DNA from: Cetorhinus maximus
Lineage: Eukaryota
Direction of reading: 5' to 3'
Assembly (NCBI RefSeq): GCF_964194155.1
Contig: NC_135903.1
Coordinates: forward strand, 4,588,001-4,652,000
DNA: 64,000 nucleotides
A program made the translations under genes and the position numbers. Below the pieces are notes generated by a model. That model was given only the letters and a program-made list of their open reading frames with translations, made no database searches and was not told the origin of the DNA. Of this stretch, positions 1-12,568 are shown piece by piece (the stretch's first letter is position 1; every line of letters begins with the position of its first letter).

Positions 1-139
1 TATTTCTCAGCATGAATAACTGCTTTCCTGTTTTGCCCGTTCTTAGCTTTCCAACACTTGATCCCCGTCTACCTCTACAACCTATTCACAAACCAAAAAA
101 CGGAGAGGTAAAATAAAATTCCAACAGGGTTCTTAAGCT

Positions 140-300
140 AAGAAATGGAAGCAGGAGTCGGCCTATTCGGCCGCTTGAGCCTGCTCAGACATTCAATAAG
201 ATCAGGCTGACCTGATTGTGGACTTAACCCCACTTACCTGCTGACATCACCCTGCCCCACCCCCATAACCCTTGACTCCCTTGTAGATCAAAAATCTGCA
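140..300 (-). mobile_element. CR1 LINE 3'-terminal fragment
   Basis: Matches the CR1 3' ends elsewhere in the window (compare 11757-11920: ggccattcggcc...cattcaat..gatc..ggctgacctgat...ccataacccttga). Confidence 0.75.
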
Positions 301-1341
301 GACTACATCCAAAGGTAAGTAAATGATGGAATTCTGAGTTGGAGACTTCATTGCAGCACCTGTTGATGGCAAGATGTGCAGAGGAAAATCTTTCAGTTGC
401 ATATTTTCTGGACCTATTGTAAAAATAGACATGACTGGGTGAATGGTGGAATGAAAGAATCACAGAATCTCACAGTGCAGAAGAGGCCCTTCGGCCCATC
501 GAGTCTGCACCGACACGTGAGAAACACCTGACCTACCTACCTAATCCCATTTACCAGCACTTGGCCCATAGCCTTGAATGTTATGATGTGCCAAGTGCTC
601 ATCCAGGTACACTTTAAAGGATGTGAGGCAACCCGCCTCCACCACCCTCCCAGGCAGTGCATTCCAGACCGTCACCATCCTCTGGGTAAAAAAGTTTTAC
701 CTCACATCCCCCCTAAACCTCCTACACCTCACCTTGAACTTGTGTCCCCTCATGACTGACCCTTCAACTAAGGGGAACAGCTGCTCCCTATCCACCCTGT
801 CCATGCCCCTCAATCTTGTACACCTCGATCAGGTCACCCCTCAGTCTTCTCTGCTCCAACAAAAACAACCCAAGTCTATCCAACCTCTATTTATAACTTA
901 AATGTTTCATCCCAGGCAACATCCTGGTGAATCTCCTCTGCACCCCCTCCAGTGCAATCACATCCTTCCTATAATGTGGTGACCAGAACTACACACAGTA
1001 CTCCAGCTGTGGCTGCATCACGGTTCTATACAACTCCAACATGACCTCCCTACTTTTGTAATCTATGCCTCGATTGATAAAGGCAATTGTCCCATATGCC
1101 TTTTTCACCACCCCACTAACATGCCCCTCCGCCTTCAGAGAACTATGGACACACACGCCAAGGTCCCTTTGTTCCTCAGAACTTCCTAGTGTCATGCTGC
1201 TCATTGAATACTTCCTTGTCAAATTACTCCTTCCAAAGTGTAACACCTCACACTTTTCAGGGTTAAATTCCATCTGCCACTTATCTGCCCATTTGACCAT
1301 CCCATCTACATCTTCCTGTAGCCCAAGACACTCAACCTCAC

Positions 1342-2851
1342 AAAACAAAAACAAAATTACCTGGAAAAACTCAGCAGGTCTGGCAGCATCGGTGGAGAAG
1401 AAAAGAGTTGACGTTTTGAGTCCTCACGACCCTTCAACAGAACTGAGTATAGTTAGGAGAAGGGTGAAATATAAGCTGGTTTAAGGTGGGGGGTGGGGGG
1501 AGAGAGAAGTTGAGGGTGGGGGTGGTTGTAGGGACAAGCAAGCAGTGATAGGAGCAGATAATCAAAAGATGTCACAGACAAAAGGATCAGAGAGGTGTTG
1601 AAGGTGGTGATATTATCTAAGAAAATGTGCTAATTAAGAGTGGATGGCAGGACACTCAAGGTACAGCTCTAGTGGGGGTGGGGTGGAAAGACTGACAAGG
1701 TATTAGTTGTAGATTTTAAAATAATGGAAATAGGTGGGAAAAGAAAAATCTATATAAATTATTGAAAAAAACAAAAGGGAGGAGGAAGAAACGGGGTGGG
1801 GATGGGGGGGAGGGAGTTTAAGATCTAAAGTTGTTGAATTCAATATTCAGCCCGGAAGGCTGTAAAGCGCCTAGTCGGAAGATGAGGTGCTGTTCCTCCA
1901 GTTTGCGTTGGGCTTCACTGGAACAATGCAGCAAGCCAAGGACAGACATGTGGGCAAGAGAGCAGGGTGGTGTGTTAAAATGGCAAGCGACAGGGAGGTT
2001 TGGGTCTTTCTTGTGGACAGACCGCAGGTGTTCTGCAAAGCGGTCGCCCAGTTTGCGTTTGGTCTCTCCAATGTAGAGGAGACCGCATTGGGAGCAACGA
2101 ATGCAGTAGCCTAAGTTAGGGGAAATGCAAGTGAAATGCTGCTTCACTTGAAAGGAGTGTTTGGGCCCTTGGACAGTGAGGAGAGAGGAAGTGAAGGGGC
2201 AGGTGTTGCATCTTCTGCGTGGGCATGGGGAGGTGCCATAGGTGGGGATTGAGGAGTAGGGGGTGATGGAGGAGTGGACCAGGGTGTCCCGGAGGGAACG
2301 ATCCCTACGGAATGCCGCCGGGGGGGTGAAGGGAAGATGTGTTTGGTGGTGGCATCATGCTGGAGTTGGCGGAAATGGCGGAGGATGATCCTTTGAATGC
2401 GGAGGCTGGTGGGGTGATAAGTGAGGACAAGGCGGACCCTATCATGTTTCTGGGAGGGAGGAGAAGGCATGAGGGCGGATGCGCGGGAGATGGGCCGGAC
2501 ACGGTTGAGGGCCCTGTCAACGACTGTGGGTGGAAAACCTCGGTTAAGGAAGAAGGAGGACATGTCAGAGGAACTGTTTTTGAAGGTAGCGTCATCAGAA
2601 CAGATGCGACGGAGGTGAAGGAACTGAGGGAATGGGATGGAGTCCTTACAGGAAGCAGGGTGTGAGGAGCTGTAGTTGAGGTAGCTGTGGGAGTCGGTAG
2701 GCTTGTCATGGATATTGGTGGACAGTCTATCATCAGAAATTGAGACAGAGAGGTCAAGGAAGGGAAGGGAAGTGTCAGAGATGGACCATGTGAAAATGAT
2801 GGAGGGGTGGAGATTGGAAGCAAAATGAATAAATTTTTCCAGGTCCCGACG
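1342..2851 (-). mobile_element. Penelope-like retroelement (PLE), 5'-truncated: RT thumb, GIY-YIG endonuclease and 3' terminal repeat
   Basis: ORF 2144-2857 (LPFLDL...KPTDSHSYLNYSSSHP...RRICS) and ORF 1818-2147 (YCIRCSQCGLLYIGETKRKLGDRFAEH...GLN). Flanked by a 16-bp direct repeat agacactcaacctcac at 1326-1341 and 2852-2867. Confidence 0.93.
1406..1444 (-). ncRNA. Degenerate minimal type I hammerhead ribozyme motif in the PLE terminal repeat
   Basis: Minus strand reads agtt-CTGTTGA-a-gggtc-gtgag-gactc-AAAAC-GTC-aact: stem I agtt/aact, stem II gggtc/gactc, palindromic acgt stem III and a GUC site. Two core positions deviate from CUGAUGA/GAAA. Confidence 0.6.
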
Positions 2852-5077
2852 AGACACTCAACCTCACTGTTAACCACCCGGCCAATCTTTGTGTCATCCG
2901 CAAGCTTACTAATCCTACCTCCCACATAGTCATCTATGTCGTTTATATAAATGACAAATAATAGGGGACCCAACACTGATCCCTGTGGTATGCCACTGGA
3001 CACTGGCTTCCAGTCACTAAAGCATCCTTCTGTCATCACCCTCTGCCTCCTACAACTAAGCCAATTTTGAATGCACCTAATCAAATTACCCTGAATGTGC
3101 ATTTGCCTTCTTTATAAGTCTCCCATGTGGGACCTTGTCAAAGGCTTTGCTGAAAACCATATACAGTACATCAACTACACTACCCTCATCTACACACCTG
3201 GTCACCTCCTCAAAAAATTCATTCAAAGTTGTTAGGCATGACCTCCCTATGACAAAGCCATGCTAATTATCCCTGATCAAACCTTGCCCCTCCAAATGGA
3301 AATAGATACTCTCCTTCAGAACTTTCTCCAATAGTTTCCCTACCACTAACGTGAGACTCACTGGCCTGTAGTTCCCTGGCTTATCTCTACAACCCTTCTT
3401 AAATAGCGGAACCACATTAGCCGTTCTCCAGTCCTCTGGCACCTCCCCCGTGGCCAGAGAGGAATTAAAAATTTGGGTCAGAGCCTCTGCGATCTCCTCC
3501 CTTGCCTCCATCAGCAGTCTGGGACACAAATCATCTCGACCTGGAGATTTGTCCACTTTTAAGCCTGCAAAACCTCCAATACCTTGTCACTCCCTTTATC
3601 AATTTGCTTAAGAACCTTGCAGTCTCGCTCCCCGAGTTCAATACCTTCATCCTCATTCTCTTGGGTGAAGATGGATGTGAAGTATTCATTCAACACTCTA
3701 GCGATGTCCTCTGGCTCCACCCATAGATTGCCCTCTTGTCCCTACTCTTCCCCTGGTTATCCTCTTCCCATTGATATACTTATAGAATATCTTGGGATTT
3801 TTCCTACTTTTACCAGCCAAAGCTTTCTCATATCCCCTCTTTGCTCTCCTAATTGCTTTCTTAAGCTCCACCCTGCACTTTCTGTAGTCCACTAATGCCT
3901 CTGCTGATTTGCTTCCTTTGTACCTGCTAAAAGCCTCTCTTTTCTTTCTCCTCGTATCCTGAATATTTCTGGTCATCCATGGTTCTCTGGGCTTGTTACT
4001 CCTTCCTATCACCCTAGAGGGAACATGTTGAGCCTGTACCCTCCCCATTTCCATTTTGAACACCCCCCCACTGTTCCTTTGTAGATTTCCCCACAAGTAG
4101 CTGTTCCCAGTCTACCTTGGCGAGATCCTGCCATATTTTACTAAAATCCACTCTCCCCCAATCCAAAACATTTTTTGCAACTTGTCGATTACTTTGTCCA
4201 TAACAAACTTAAACTGTACCATGTTGTGGTCACTATCACTAAAATGCTCGCCCAGCACCACCTCAGCCACCTGTCCGGCTTCTTTCCCCAGAATTAGGTC
4301 CAGCACTCCGCCATCCCTTGTTGGACCCTCTACATATTGACCTAAAAAGTTCTCCTGTATACATTTCAAGAAATCCACTCCATCCAAGCCCTTAACACTA
4401 TGTCTATCCCAATTAATGTTGGGAAAGTTGAAATCACCCAATATAAATACTCTATTGTTATTGTTTTTACAGACCTCCACAAATTATGCACATATTTGCT
4501 CCTTAATTTCCCACTGACTATCTGGGGGTCTATAATAAACACCTAACAATGTGGTTGCCCCTTTTTTATTCCTAAGATCTACCCACAAAGCTTCATTCGA
4601 TGCCCCCCCAAGATATCATCTCTCCTTACTGTGGTAACTGACTCCTTAACTAATAATTCAATGCATCCTCCTCTTTTACCCCCTCCCCTGTCTCGCCTGA
4701 AGATTCTATATCCCGGAATGTTGAGCTGCCAATCCTGCCCTTCCCTCAGCCACGTCTCAGTGATGGCTACTATATCATAATTCCACGTGTCAATCCTCAG
4801 CCTTAACTCATCCGTTTTACCTGTAATACTCCTGGCATTAAAGTAGAGGCCATCCAGCCTTGCCTTACTCCCTTGAAATTAATGCAGCTGTACTCCCTCT
4901 GACTTGATTGTTTTACTGTTTTATGATGTGTCCCTATTCTGCTAACATTCTGTGTCCCCTCCCCCTGCTGAATTAGTTTAAACTCCTCCCAACAGCACTA
5001 GCAAATCCACCCACAAGGATGTTAGTCCCGCTCTGGTTCAGATGTAGACTGTCTCGCTTGTACAGCTCCCACCTTCC

Positions 5078-5387
5078 TCAGAAACGATCCCAGTGATCCA
5101 GGAATCTAAAACCCTCCCTCCTGCACCAAATCTTAAGCCACGTATTCATCTGCGCTATTCTCCTATTTCTGATCTCGCTAGCACGTGGCACTGGGAGTAA
5201 TCCAGAGACTACAACCCGAGAGGTCTTGCTTTTTAGTCTACTGCCTAACTCCCTAGATTCTTGATGCAAGACCTCATCCGCCTTTCTACCTATGTCATTG
5301 GTACCAACATGTACCATGACCTCTGCCTTATCACCCTCCCCCTTCAGGATGCCCTGCAGCCATTCAGTGACATCCCGGACCCTGGCA
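5078..5387 (-). pseudogene. CR1 ORF1 C-terminal SGNH/GDSL esterase-like domain fragment
   Basis: Translation ARVRDVTEWLQGILKGEGDKAEVMVHVGTNDIGRK...VVVSGLLP...WCRREGFRFLDHW; the GxND block is typical of CR1 ORF1 esterases. Confidence 0.85.
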
Positions 5388-5598
5388 AGAAGGAATTATG
5401 GATACTGTAATTGCTTTATAAATCCATATGTAATATGGAATGGATAGGAAGTCTGTCTGTTTAAATGGCAATTACCAGAAAATGATGGGCAAATTTGGAG
5501 ATAAAAGAGTCAGTGGTCTCTAGATAGTTGCCAGCAATTGGAAGCTCTTCAGAAAGGATTAACAAAGCCACTGGTTTTAATAATTGGCTGGAAACATG

Positions 5599-5734
5599 GG
5601 GGTAGATTTTGACTTTGAGTGGAATTGTGTGAAAGGAGTCAGCAATCTGTCTTAAATCTACATCTTTGGAGATAAAAATTAGCCAACACTGCTGCCACTT
5701 GTTTTACACTATCGCACATAGTTAAGATCTACCT
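5599..5734. mobile_element. Short imperfect palindromic MITE-like element
   Basis: Left end ggtagattttgact...gtgtgaaa is complementary to right end ttttacac...agttaagatctacc. Confidence 0.5.
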
Positions 5735-5861
5735 AATAGAGTTATAAAAATGATAACTGAGAGTCATTTACTGGAAGATAATTTTTTCAGGAAGGATGAA
5801 TTGCAAGCAATAGGTTCAAAGCTGAACGATTAGCTTAGAATGAAGAAAATGTCACTAGGTA

Positions 5862-6176
5862 CTTCTCCTCCTCCTTCAGGCACCTTGCCCTAAGAGGGCA
5901 TTGATGACCATGGACATCCATTGGATTGGCCCATGATTATGTTTGGCAAAGTACTACAGCGGTTTGCTGTTGCTTTCTGCATTGCCATTACCTGGCTGAC
6001 CGGGAAAATCACCTGCTCTTACCACCTGCTATAGGAAGGATTTATGGGTGGACAATCAACTTGTTTGGCCACATTATGCACACACCTTTCATGGACATCA
6101 AGTCCTGGAGTAGGACATAAACCCAGATCTTCTGGCCCAGAGGCAGGGATGCTACCCACTGCACCACAAGACATCC
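5862..6176 (-). mobile_element. tRNA-derived SINE (family C head and body) with RTE/Bov-A-like 3' part
   Basis: Minus-strand A-box tggtgcagtgg; body shared with 35872 and 59942; 3' part gcaaaccgctgtagtactttgcc resembles the RTE/Bov-A motif ggcaacccactccagtattcttgcc; (gga)n tail. Confidence 0.7.
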
Positions 6177-6203
6177 TGAATCACCAGGCACTATTTAAAC
6201 TGA

Positions 6204-6647
6204 TTGGAACAGAGGATACCACGGCTGATATTGTGGGAAGAGGATACCACGGCTGATATTGTGGGAAGAGGATACCACGGCTGATATAGGAACGGAGGAT
6301 ACCACGGCTGATATTGGAACAGAGGATACCATAGACCATAGCTGATATTGGAACAGAGGATATATTAGCTGATATTGGAACAGATGATACCATAGCTGAT
6401 ATTGGAACAGATGATACCATAGCTGATATTGGAACAGAGGATACTATAGCTGATATTGGAACAGAGGATACTATAGCTGATGTTGGAACAGAGGATACCG
6501 TAGCTGATAGTGGAACCGATGATACCATAGCTGATAGTGGAACAGAGGATACCATAGCTGATAGTGGAACAGAGGATACTATAGCTGATATTGGAACAGA
6601 GGATACCATAGCTGATATTGGAACAGAGGATACCATAGCTGATATTG
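6204..6647. repeat. Minisatellite, 27-bp unit TTGGAACAGAGGATACCATAGCTGATA, 16 copies
   Basis: Units counted directly; units 2 and 3 are 28 bp and unit 5 is 34 bp. Confidence 0.97.
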
Positions 6648-6973
6648 GGGGCAGTTCCATGAGGGTTGGGGAAATCTAGGGCAGTTGATGGTGGTAACAG
6701 GAACAATTTAATCTCAGTTACAGGGAATGAGTTGGTTTACATATGGCGTGAACAGAATTCTTTTATACTAATGTAGAAATATCAGAAATAAAATGCTAGA
6801 AATTAAAGGCACCTACATCCACAGAGAATTTAATTGGCATTTCTAAAACCAGATTGAATATTAGTGGTGGGTCAGAAGGACAGCTGACAGGTTCTGCAGT
6901 ATTCTGTAAAGATAGCAGTTCATAACAAAGAAAGGGCTGTAGTTTGTATATAAAAAGCGATTTAGTTGCAGTC

Positions 6974-7245
6974 NNNNNNNNNNNNNNNNNNNNNNNNNNN
7001 NNNNNNNNNNNNNNNNNNNNNNNNNNNNNNNNNNNNNNNNNNNNNNNNNNNNNNNNNNNNNNNNNNNNNNNNNNNNNNNNNNNNNNNNNNNNNNNNNNNN
7101 NNNNNNNNNNNNNNNNNNNNNNNNNNNNNNNNNNNNNNNNNNNNNNNNNNNNNNNNNNNNNNNNNNNNNNNNNNNNNNNNNNNNNNNNNNNNNNNNNNNN
7201 NNNNNNNNNNNNNNNNNNNNNNNNNNNNNNNNNNNNNNNNNNNNN
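6974..7245. other. Assembly gap (N run)
   Basis: 272 N. Confidence 1.
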
Positions 7246-7965
7246 GGTGGATTATTGAAACAGCATTGAAACAGCTTAGCAGCAGCTGGAGCTTAGAGTT
7301 GATCAGAGGTTGATTGTTGATATGTGTTACTGGTCTCTGGGGCAAAGGTAGAGCAGGATGGGAATTGTGGTGAATAATTTATGAGAGCCGGGGAGTAGTG
7401 GAGTTTTATCATAGAATCTTTAACCTTTCTTAATGGGGCAGCCAAGTGCAGAAAGGAAGAAGGTTATTTATCAACACTGAAAAATAACGCCTTTCATAAA
7501 TATCTTACAGAATACCAAATAGAACAATTTATTAGATTTTGTATCTATTAGCGAGCAATAACGAGGCAGGTAAACTGTGTCTGGAAGATTAACACATTAA
7601 AAAAAAAATAAAAATTGGACTTTTTTATATTATAATTAAATAACAATCAAATTTGGGGGCTTTCTACCTTGTTGAGTTAAGCATTGGCTGAATGATTAAT
7701 AGAATCAAGTTTGCATTTCATCCTTCATCAAGAAGCATCTCATAGGTTTGGCCTCTGCCCACATGCATGCTGCTGCTTCAGTTTGAAATACTATGCTTAA
7801 TATTGCTGCATTAGAAAGTAAAATCAAATGAAGTTAATCAGCTGATGTGATCCTCATTGCAGTCTGGCATTATGTAACATGTTATTTTTTTCCATTAGCC
7901 AAAACTCGTTAATGAGAAACCTTTGAACAGTCCAATATTAATCAAGGAAACTGTGGGGGGAGTCA

Positions 7966-8675
7966 GAATCACAGAATTGTCACAGTGCAGGAGGCCATTT
8001 GGCCCATTGTGTTTGTACCTGCTCTCCGAATGAGCAACTCACCTAGTTCATTCTCCCACCTCCTTGTAACCCTTTTCAAGTAACAGTCTAATTCCCTTTC
8101 GAATGCTTCAATTGAATCTGCCTCCACTACACTCTCAGGTCGTGATTTCCTAACAGCTTGCAGTGTGAAAATGTTTTTCCACATATCACTATTGCTTCTT
8201 GTACTAATTACTTTAAATCTGTGTCCTCTTGTTCTCGATCCTTTCACAAATGGGAACAGTTTCTCCCTATCTACTCTGTCCAGACCCCTCATGATTTTAA
8301 ATACCTCTATCAAATCTCTTCTCAACCTTTTCTCCAAGGAAAACAGTCCTAACCTCTCCAATTGATCTTCATAACTCAAGTTCCTCATCCCTGGAACCAT
8401 TCTCGCAAATCTTTTCTGCATTCTCCCCAAAGCCTTCACATCCTTCCTAGAGTGTGGTGCCCAGAACTGGACACAATGCTCCAGCTGAGGCCGAACTAGT
8501 GTCTTGCACAAGTTCAACATAACCTCCTTGCTCTTGTCCTCTATGCCTCTATTAACAAAGCCCAGAATGCTGTATACTATAATAACCACTTCCTCAGCCT
8601 GCCCTGCTACCTTCAGTGACTTATACACACCCAGATCCCTCTGCTCCTGCACCCACTTAAGAGTTGTACCTCCTT
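7966..8675 (-). mobile_element. CR1 LINE 3' fragment
   Basis: ORF 7969-8652: RDLGV...LVRPQLEHCVQFWAP...LGLFSLEKRLRRDLIEVFKI...TRGH; tail agaatcacagaat. Confidence 0.93.
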
Positions 8676-9269
8676 ATAGATCAGTACCAACATAACATGA
8701 CTGTGGCTGTGCCGTATTTTAAGGGGACATCTGAGGTACGCAGTAAGAAGAATTAATACTTTCCACTGATGCTCACGATCATGGTACTGGGTGCAAGAAA
8801 GTTTTTTTTTAAAAAATTCTTCAGCCCAGTCACTGTCTCTTGCCTTTCATGCAGAATGAAATCATGCAACACTGTGAAAGAATAGTGCTGAAGACCACAG
8901 AAAAGAAAACCATTTTTCAAATCGGGGAATCAGTCCCTGAGCGGATTAGCTCTAAACTGGTAATATAAGATGAATGATATTTGCACTTCTCAGCTTTATA
9001 CAGAACTTTGTGTCGTACATTACAAGATCTATCAATGTTTTCACATCATATATTTTCTGAGAGATGGTACTGTCTGCAGCTTAAAACAAATTGCACAGTC
9101 GGTGCCAGATTTCCTGTGCCAGTATTTCTGCTTCAGTCTTATTGTGGATAAATCCCACACTCCGGGAACTGATTCCCATTTCTATAATTTATCAGTTAAC
9201 TGTGCAGCAGGGGTGAGTCATCACAAAGCCATGCACATCACAATAAGCCCTGAGTTTGGGAAATGGGGA

Positions 9270-9500
9270 AAGCCATCCGGGGTGTGGCAGCTGAGTGCTT
9301 ATGGTGCTGGATTAGCAGAGGTCACGAGTTCAAATCCCAGCACAGCTCCTTACGAAATTGACTTCGTAAATTTGGTCATTTCTGCACTGAAATGAGAAAA
9401 ATTACCGGATTGGTGTAAAATCTTGCTAGAGTTCATTCATGCTTTTCAGGGAAGGAGACTGGTCAGCTCTATCTGACCTGGTCAAGTTACAACCCTAGCC
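9270..9500 (+). mobile_element. Old, diverged tRNA-SINE related to family B (head of the tRNA-headed LINE)
   Basis: B-box gagttcaaatcc at about 9326; body tcagggaaggaga...tctgacctg resembles the 44750 and 23973 copies. Confidence 0.55.
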
Positions 9501-9524
9501 TCATGTTATATAGTTGCCCTAAGA

Positions 9525-11020
9525 TCATAAAAAATTGGAGCCAGATTAGGCTCATTGAGTTTTCTCCGCCATTCAATAAAATCATGGCTGAAATGATTGT
9601 GTCCTGAACTCCACTTTCCTGCCTGTCCCCCATAACCCTTAACCCCCTGCTTTTCTATTGTTCTTGGGATGCACATTGTGTCATCTACTGTGAAGACAGA
9701 TACAAAATACTTATCCAAAGTCTTTGCCATTTATTTGTTTCCCATTGTTGATTTCCCCATCCTCACCCTTGAAGGGATCAATGCTCACTTTCGCTACTCT
9801 TTTCCTTCTTTTATACCCATGGGAGCTTTACTGTTTCCTTTTATATTTCTTGCTAGTTATCTCTCATACTCAAGATTCTCCCTCCATTTTTTTAAGTCAT
9901 CCTTTGCTGGTTTCTAGTCTTTTCCAATCTTCTGACCTACAACTACTCTTTGCAGCATTGTATATCTTTCCTTTCAATTTGATTCCATCCTTAACTTCCT
10001 TAGTTAGACACAGATAGTGCATCCTTCTCAGAGGGGAGAAGTTTCTCCATGTCAGGTGGGCCAGTCGGGAGTGAGCACAGGCGAGCGCAGAGCCAATTGC
10101 TACCCACGATTGGCTGCACACCGCCATTTAACGTGGGGCGGGCCAATTAAGGCCAGCCCAGCATGACACACGGCCGTTAACACTCAGCGCTTCCTGTGCG
10201 GGCGGGGGGGAGGAGGGAGAATCGGGGCACGGAGCTGCCTCTGGGAAATTAACTACACAATGAAAGTTTTTATATAATAAAGTTGCAAATTATTTAAACA
10301 TGTCCCCTAATGCCACAGTGTCACATGAGCTGGGACATGTTTGTGAATTGTGCGAAAAATAATTGATAATTTTATAAAACCTTCAGGAAGCCTCATCCTG
10401 ACCATGGATGAGGTTTCCTGAAAAATGCGAAGGCCGCCTGGGCTCTTCGCCTGCCGCCAACCTTAAGGTTGGACAGGCAGCATTGATAGCTACTTTAATT
10501 GTTTTTTTAATGGCCGTTGACAGTTCGGCGTGCACACAGCCACCTCCGGTGCACGCCCGCCGAATGTAATATCTAAATGATGTGCACTGACATCGGGACG
10601 CACGCCCGACATCACCGTACGTCATTTTACGTGTTAGCATGTCGGGCCCACCCCTGCACGCCAATGTCAAAATTCTGGCCAGCGTCTTTCCTTCTCAATG
10701 GAATATATTTTTGTTGAGAGTTATGAAATGTCTCCTTAAATGTCTGCCACTCCATCTTTACCATCTTACCTTTAACTCTATTTCCCATTCCACTTTAGCC
10801 AATTCTGTCTCTGTACTCTTGTAATTGCCTTTATTTAAATTTAAGGCACTAGTTTCAGATCCAAATTGCTCACCCTCAAACTGAGTGTGAAATCCTATCA
10901 TGTTACGATCACTGTTATCTTGATGATCCTTTACTATGAGGTTACTGATTAGTTTTGTCTCGTTACACATTATTGGGTCTAAAATAGCCTGTAACCTGTT
11001 TGGTTCTAGAAGGCATTGTC
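9525..11020 (-). mobile_element. Degenerate CR1 fragments, split by a MITE at 10033-10680
   Basis: ORF pieces TLDKYFVSVFT and NSDRNMIGF..LNLNKGNYK..ELAKVEW; CR1 tail at 9525-9650. Confidence 0.8.
10033..10680. mobile_element. Non-autonomous Harbinger-type MITE (family H1)
   Basis: Ends ggggagaagttt / aaaattctggcc; shares gccattt.acgtgg, ggccaattaaggcc and two internal hairpins with 12569-13259 and 41146-42759. Confidence 0.8.
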
Positions 11021-11269
11021 AGTGAAACTCGGATGGGCAATAGGTATTGCTTTGCAGTTTTTGCCCACCACCTGAGAATAAATTTTGTTCAACTTCTAAC
11101 CATACATTCAGACTGACATTGATGTAGAAACATGGTAGTAAACTTGCGCAAAGCAACATCTCCACAATCAGCAATAAAATACACGACTGGATAATCTGTG
11201 TGTGTAATACCAGTTGAGGGAAAAATATCAATGGTTAAATTTGTTCATTAAGCAGAGTTGGTCTGTATA

Positions 11270-11752
11270 AAAGTGAGAGAAAGAGAAACAAAATTAACGT
11301 TTCAGGCCGATGACTTTTTATTTGAACTGTAAAAAGTTAAAGATGTAACAGGTTTTAAGCAAATAGTAGCAGGGAAAAGGGGAGAGGAGGAAAGAACAAA
11401 AGGGAAAGTTCATGATAAGGTGGAAGACAGGAGTCATTAAAGGGATGATGGTTCAAGACAAAAGGGGATGATAATGGGACAAGTAAAGAAAGAAAATTCG
11501 GGCCTACAGGCATTGCCAATGGGAATAGTGGGATCATTACCAACGGCTGCTGTCTGCAAAAACGGGGGTGGTGGTTATGATCTGAACACAATCTTGAGCC
11601 TGGGAGGCTGTAAAGTGACCAATCAAATGATGAGGTTTCTTGAGCTTACATTGGATTTTGTTGGAACAATGTAGAAGGTCAAAGATAGAGAGCTCAGAGT
11701 GGGGGTAGGGCGGAGAATTAAAATGACAGGCAACTGGAAACTCGGCGTCACA
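11270..11752 (-). mobile_element. Degenerate PLE fragment (GIY-YIG C-terminus and 3' repeat)
   Basis: PVACHFNSPPYPHSELSIFDLLHCS matches the PLE at 1818-2147; hammerhead remnant tgaaacgttaa on the minus strand near 11293. Confidence 0.75.
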
Positions 11753-12568
11753 ATTAGACCATAAGACCATGAGAATTAGGAGCAGAAGTAGGCCATTCGG
11801 CCCATCGAGTCTGCTCCGCCATTCAATGAGATCATGGCTGACCTGATAATCCTCAACTCCACTTTCCTGCCTTTTCCCCATAACCCTTGATTCCCTTACT
11901 GATTAAAAATCTGCCGATCTCAGCCTTGAATATACTTAACAACCCAACCTCTACAGCCCTCTGTGGTAAAGAATTCCACAGATTCACTACCCTCTGAGAG
12001 AAGAAATTCCTCCTCATCTCTTTTTTAAACAGGCAACCCTTTACTCTGAGATTATGCCCTCTGGCCCTCAGCTCTCCCAGAAGGGGAAACAACCTCTCAG
12101 CATCTACCCTGTCAAGCCCCCTAAGAATCTTATATGTTTCAATGAGGTCGCCTCCCATTCCTCTAAACCCCAATGAGTACAGACCCAACCTCTCCTCATA
12201 AGAAAATCCCTCCATCCCTGGGATCAACCTAGTGAACCTTCTCTGGACTGCTTCCAATGACAGTTTATCTTTCCTTAGAAAAGGGGACCAAAATTGTTCA
12301 CAGTATTCTAGGTGTGGTCTAACTAGTGCCTTGTATAGTTTTAGCAAGACTTCCCTATTTTTATACTCCATCCCCTTTGAAATAAAGGCCAACGTTCTAT
12401 TTGCCTTCCCTATTACCTGCTGAACTTGTGTTAGCTTTTGGGAATCATGTACGAGGACCCTCAAATCCCTCTGTGCTGCAGCTTCCTTTGGTCTTTCTCC
12501 ATTTAAATAATATTCAGCTCCTCTACTCTTCCTGCCAAAGTGCATAACTTCACATTTCCCCACATTAT

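Larger units (their letters stand above)
456..5387 (-). mobile_element. CR1 LINE, 5'-truncated within ORF1, interrupted by a Penelope-like element at 1342-2851
   Basis: Colinear minus-strand ORF pieces: ORF1 SGNH-esterase-like VHVGTND (5078-5317), APE motifs ILGDFNFPNINW/LDLIL/SDH (4112-4480), RT motifs PGNYRPVSLT, PQGSVLGP, LADD (2870-3556), C-terminal WQMEFNPEKC/RDLGV (989-1354), and a short-repeat tail agaatcacagaatc at 456. Confidence 0.95.

Noticed and set aside
6204-6647. CRISPR-like regular repeat
   Set aside because: Units are contiguous with no unique spacers, there are no cas genes, and the context is eukaryotic.
6944-7345. ORFs spanning N runs (also 59328-59602)
   Set aside because: They are open only because of assembly gaps.
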